A stretch of 58,097 nt of DNA. It comes from an uncultured Brevundimonas sp. (GTDB taxonomy: Bacteria > Pseudomonadota > Alphaproteobacteria > Caulobacterales > Caulobacteraceae). The stretch covers positions 1 to 58,097 of the forward strand of contig CAZUXK010000003.1 in the NCBI GenBank assembly GCA_964624025.1, given 5' to 3'. The translations under genes and the position numbers were made by a program. The notes beneath the pieces are model-generated. The model had not been told where the DNA came from. It saw nothing but the letters and a program-made list of their open reading frames with translations, and ran no database searches. How positions within the stretch are numbered: position 1 is the stretch's first letter; each line of letters starts with the position of its first letter. Below, piece by piece: positions 57,353 to 58,097 of this stretch.

Positions 57353-57370
57353 TTTCAGAAATTTCTGAAA
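57353..57370. promoter_or_regulatory. Perfect 18-bp palindromic operator
   Basis: TTTCAGAAATTTCTGAAA, 6 nt upstream of the GbsR-type gene. Confidence 0.85.
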
Positions 57371-57376
57371 GTTCAG

Positions 57377-57970
57377 ATGGCGATGCAGCTTCCCCCGCTC
57401 CACCAGGAGTTCGTGCTCCACTTCGGCGAGATGGGCTCGCGCTGGGGCATCAACCGCACGGTCGGCCAGATCTACGCCCTGCTGTTCCTCAGCGCCGAGC
57501 CGCTCAACGCCGACCAGATCGTGGAGCGGCTCGGCTTCTCGCGCTCCAACGTCTCCATGGGCCTGAAGGAGCTGCAGAGCTGGAACCTCGTCCGCCTGCG
57601 GCACATGCCGGATGACCGGCGCGACTACTTCACCACGCCCCAGGACCTCTGGGAGATCGTCCGCACCCTCGTCGAGGAGCGCAAGAAGCGCGAGATCGAC
57701 CCGACCCTGACCAAGCTGCGCGAGCTGCAGATGCAGCAGCCCGCCACCGACGAGGACCGCCACGCCCACGCCCGCATCGCCGAGCTCGGCGCCCTGATCG
57801 AGCTGCTGTCCGGCTGGTACAGCGACATGAACCGTCTGGAGACCGAGCGGCTGGTCCAGTTGCTGGCGCTGGGCAGCAAGATCCAGCGCCTCGTCGAGGG
57901 GGCCGAGCGCATCGTGCCGTTCGCGGGGGGCGCCCGCAAAGGCCGGACCGCCCCGGCCACGGAGGCCTGA
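57377..57970 (+). CDS. GbsR/MarR-family regulator of the cytochrome bd operon (CydE-like)
   Basis: FVLHFGEMGSRWGINRTVGQIYALL, SRSNVS..LKEL, ERKKREIDPT; directly upstream of cydA. Confidence 0.92.
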   Translation: MAMQLPPLHQEFVLHFGEMGSRWGINRTVGQIYALLFLSAEPLNADQIVERLGFSRSNVSMGLKELQSWNLVRLRHMPDDRRDYFTTPQDLWEIVRTLVEERKKREIDPTLTKLRELQMQQPATDEDRHAHARIAELGALIELLSGWYSDMNRLETERLVQLLALGSKIQRLVEGAERIVPFAGGARKGRTAPATEA

Positions 57971-57973
57971 GCC

Positions 57974-58097
57974 ATGGAAACCCTGCTGCTGTCGCGCATC
58001 CAGTTCGCGGCCAACATCTCCTTCCACATCCTGTTCCCGACCATCACCATCGCGCTGGGCTGGGTGCTGCTGTTCTTCAAGCTGCGCTTCAACGCCA
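57974..58097 (+). CDS. cydA: Cytochrome bd ubiquinol oxidase subunit I (5' part only)
   Basis: METLLLSRIQFAANISFHILFPTITIALGW, containing the heme-ligand His. Confidence 0.9.
   Translation, partial: METLLLSRIQFAANISFHILFPTITIALGWVLLFFKLRFNA

Overview
High-GC alphaproteobacterial DNA; gene content and order point to Caulobacterales, possibly Brevundimonas (inference). From left to right: (1) 1-5.5 kb, the head/packaging half of a gene transfer agent (GTA)-type cluster on the minus strand (TerS, TerL, portal, g3.5-like protein, prohead protease, major capsid). It carries paired inverted heptamer repeats, an in-frame REP-like insertion in the capsid gene and an inserted VOC gene. (2) 5.5-15.8 kb, core genes (NYN nuclease, argS, ispH, scpB/scpA, nagZ, SPOR/ftsN, dgt, erpA, msrA) ending in tRNA-Ser(GGA). 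(3) 15.8-20.5 kb, a ~4.7-kb, visibly lower-GC element integrated in the tRNA 3' end (attL/attR visible). It encodes a tyrosine integrase, a MarR-like wHTH and a small HUH (rolling-circle-type) endonuclease. It also has a leaderless gene behind a TAAATA box whose product starts like a T4-type capsid-targeting peptide, and a third, inverted att-like site with a different core. This is the best candidate for an undescribed system: a minimal phage satellite or hitchhiker. (4) 20.5-24.8 kb, the remnant of a large-serine-recombinase/DUF2924/DUF3489 island whose ParB-methyltransferase is cut by an IS6. (5) 24.8-44 kb, two diverged IS6 copies bracketing a 16-gene CoA-dependent catabolic cluster with a shared palindromic operator. 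(6) 44-58 kb, TetR/amine oxidase, moeB, DUF2855, a GH43/FadR/TonB sugar locus, tyrA, an iron-type TonB receptor and a GbsR-type regulator before the start of cydA. All calls come from motif reading by eye; no database searches were run.
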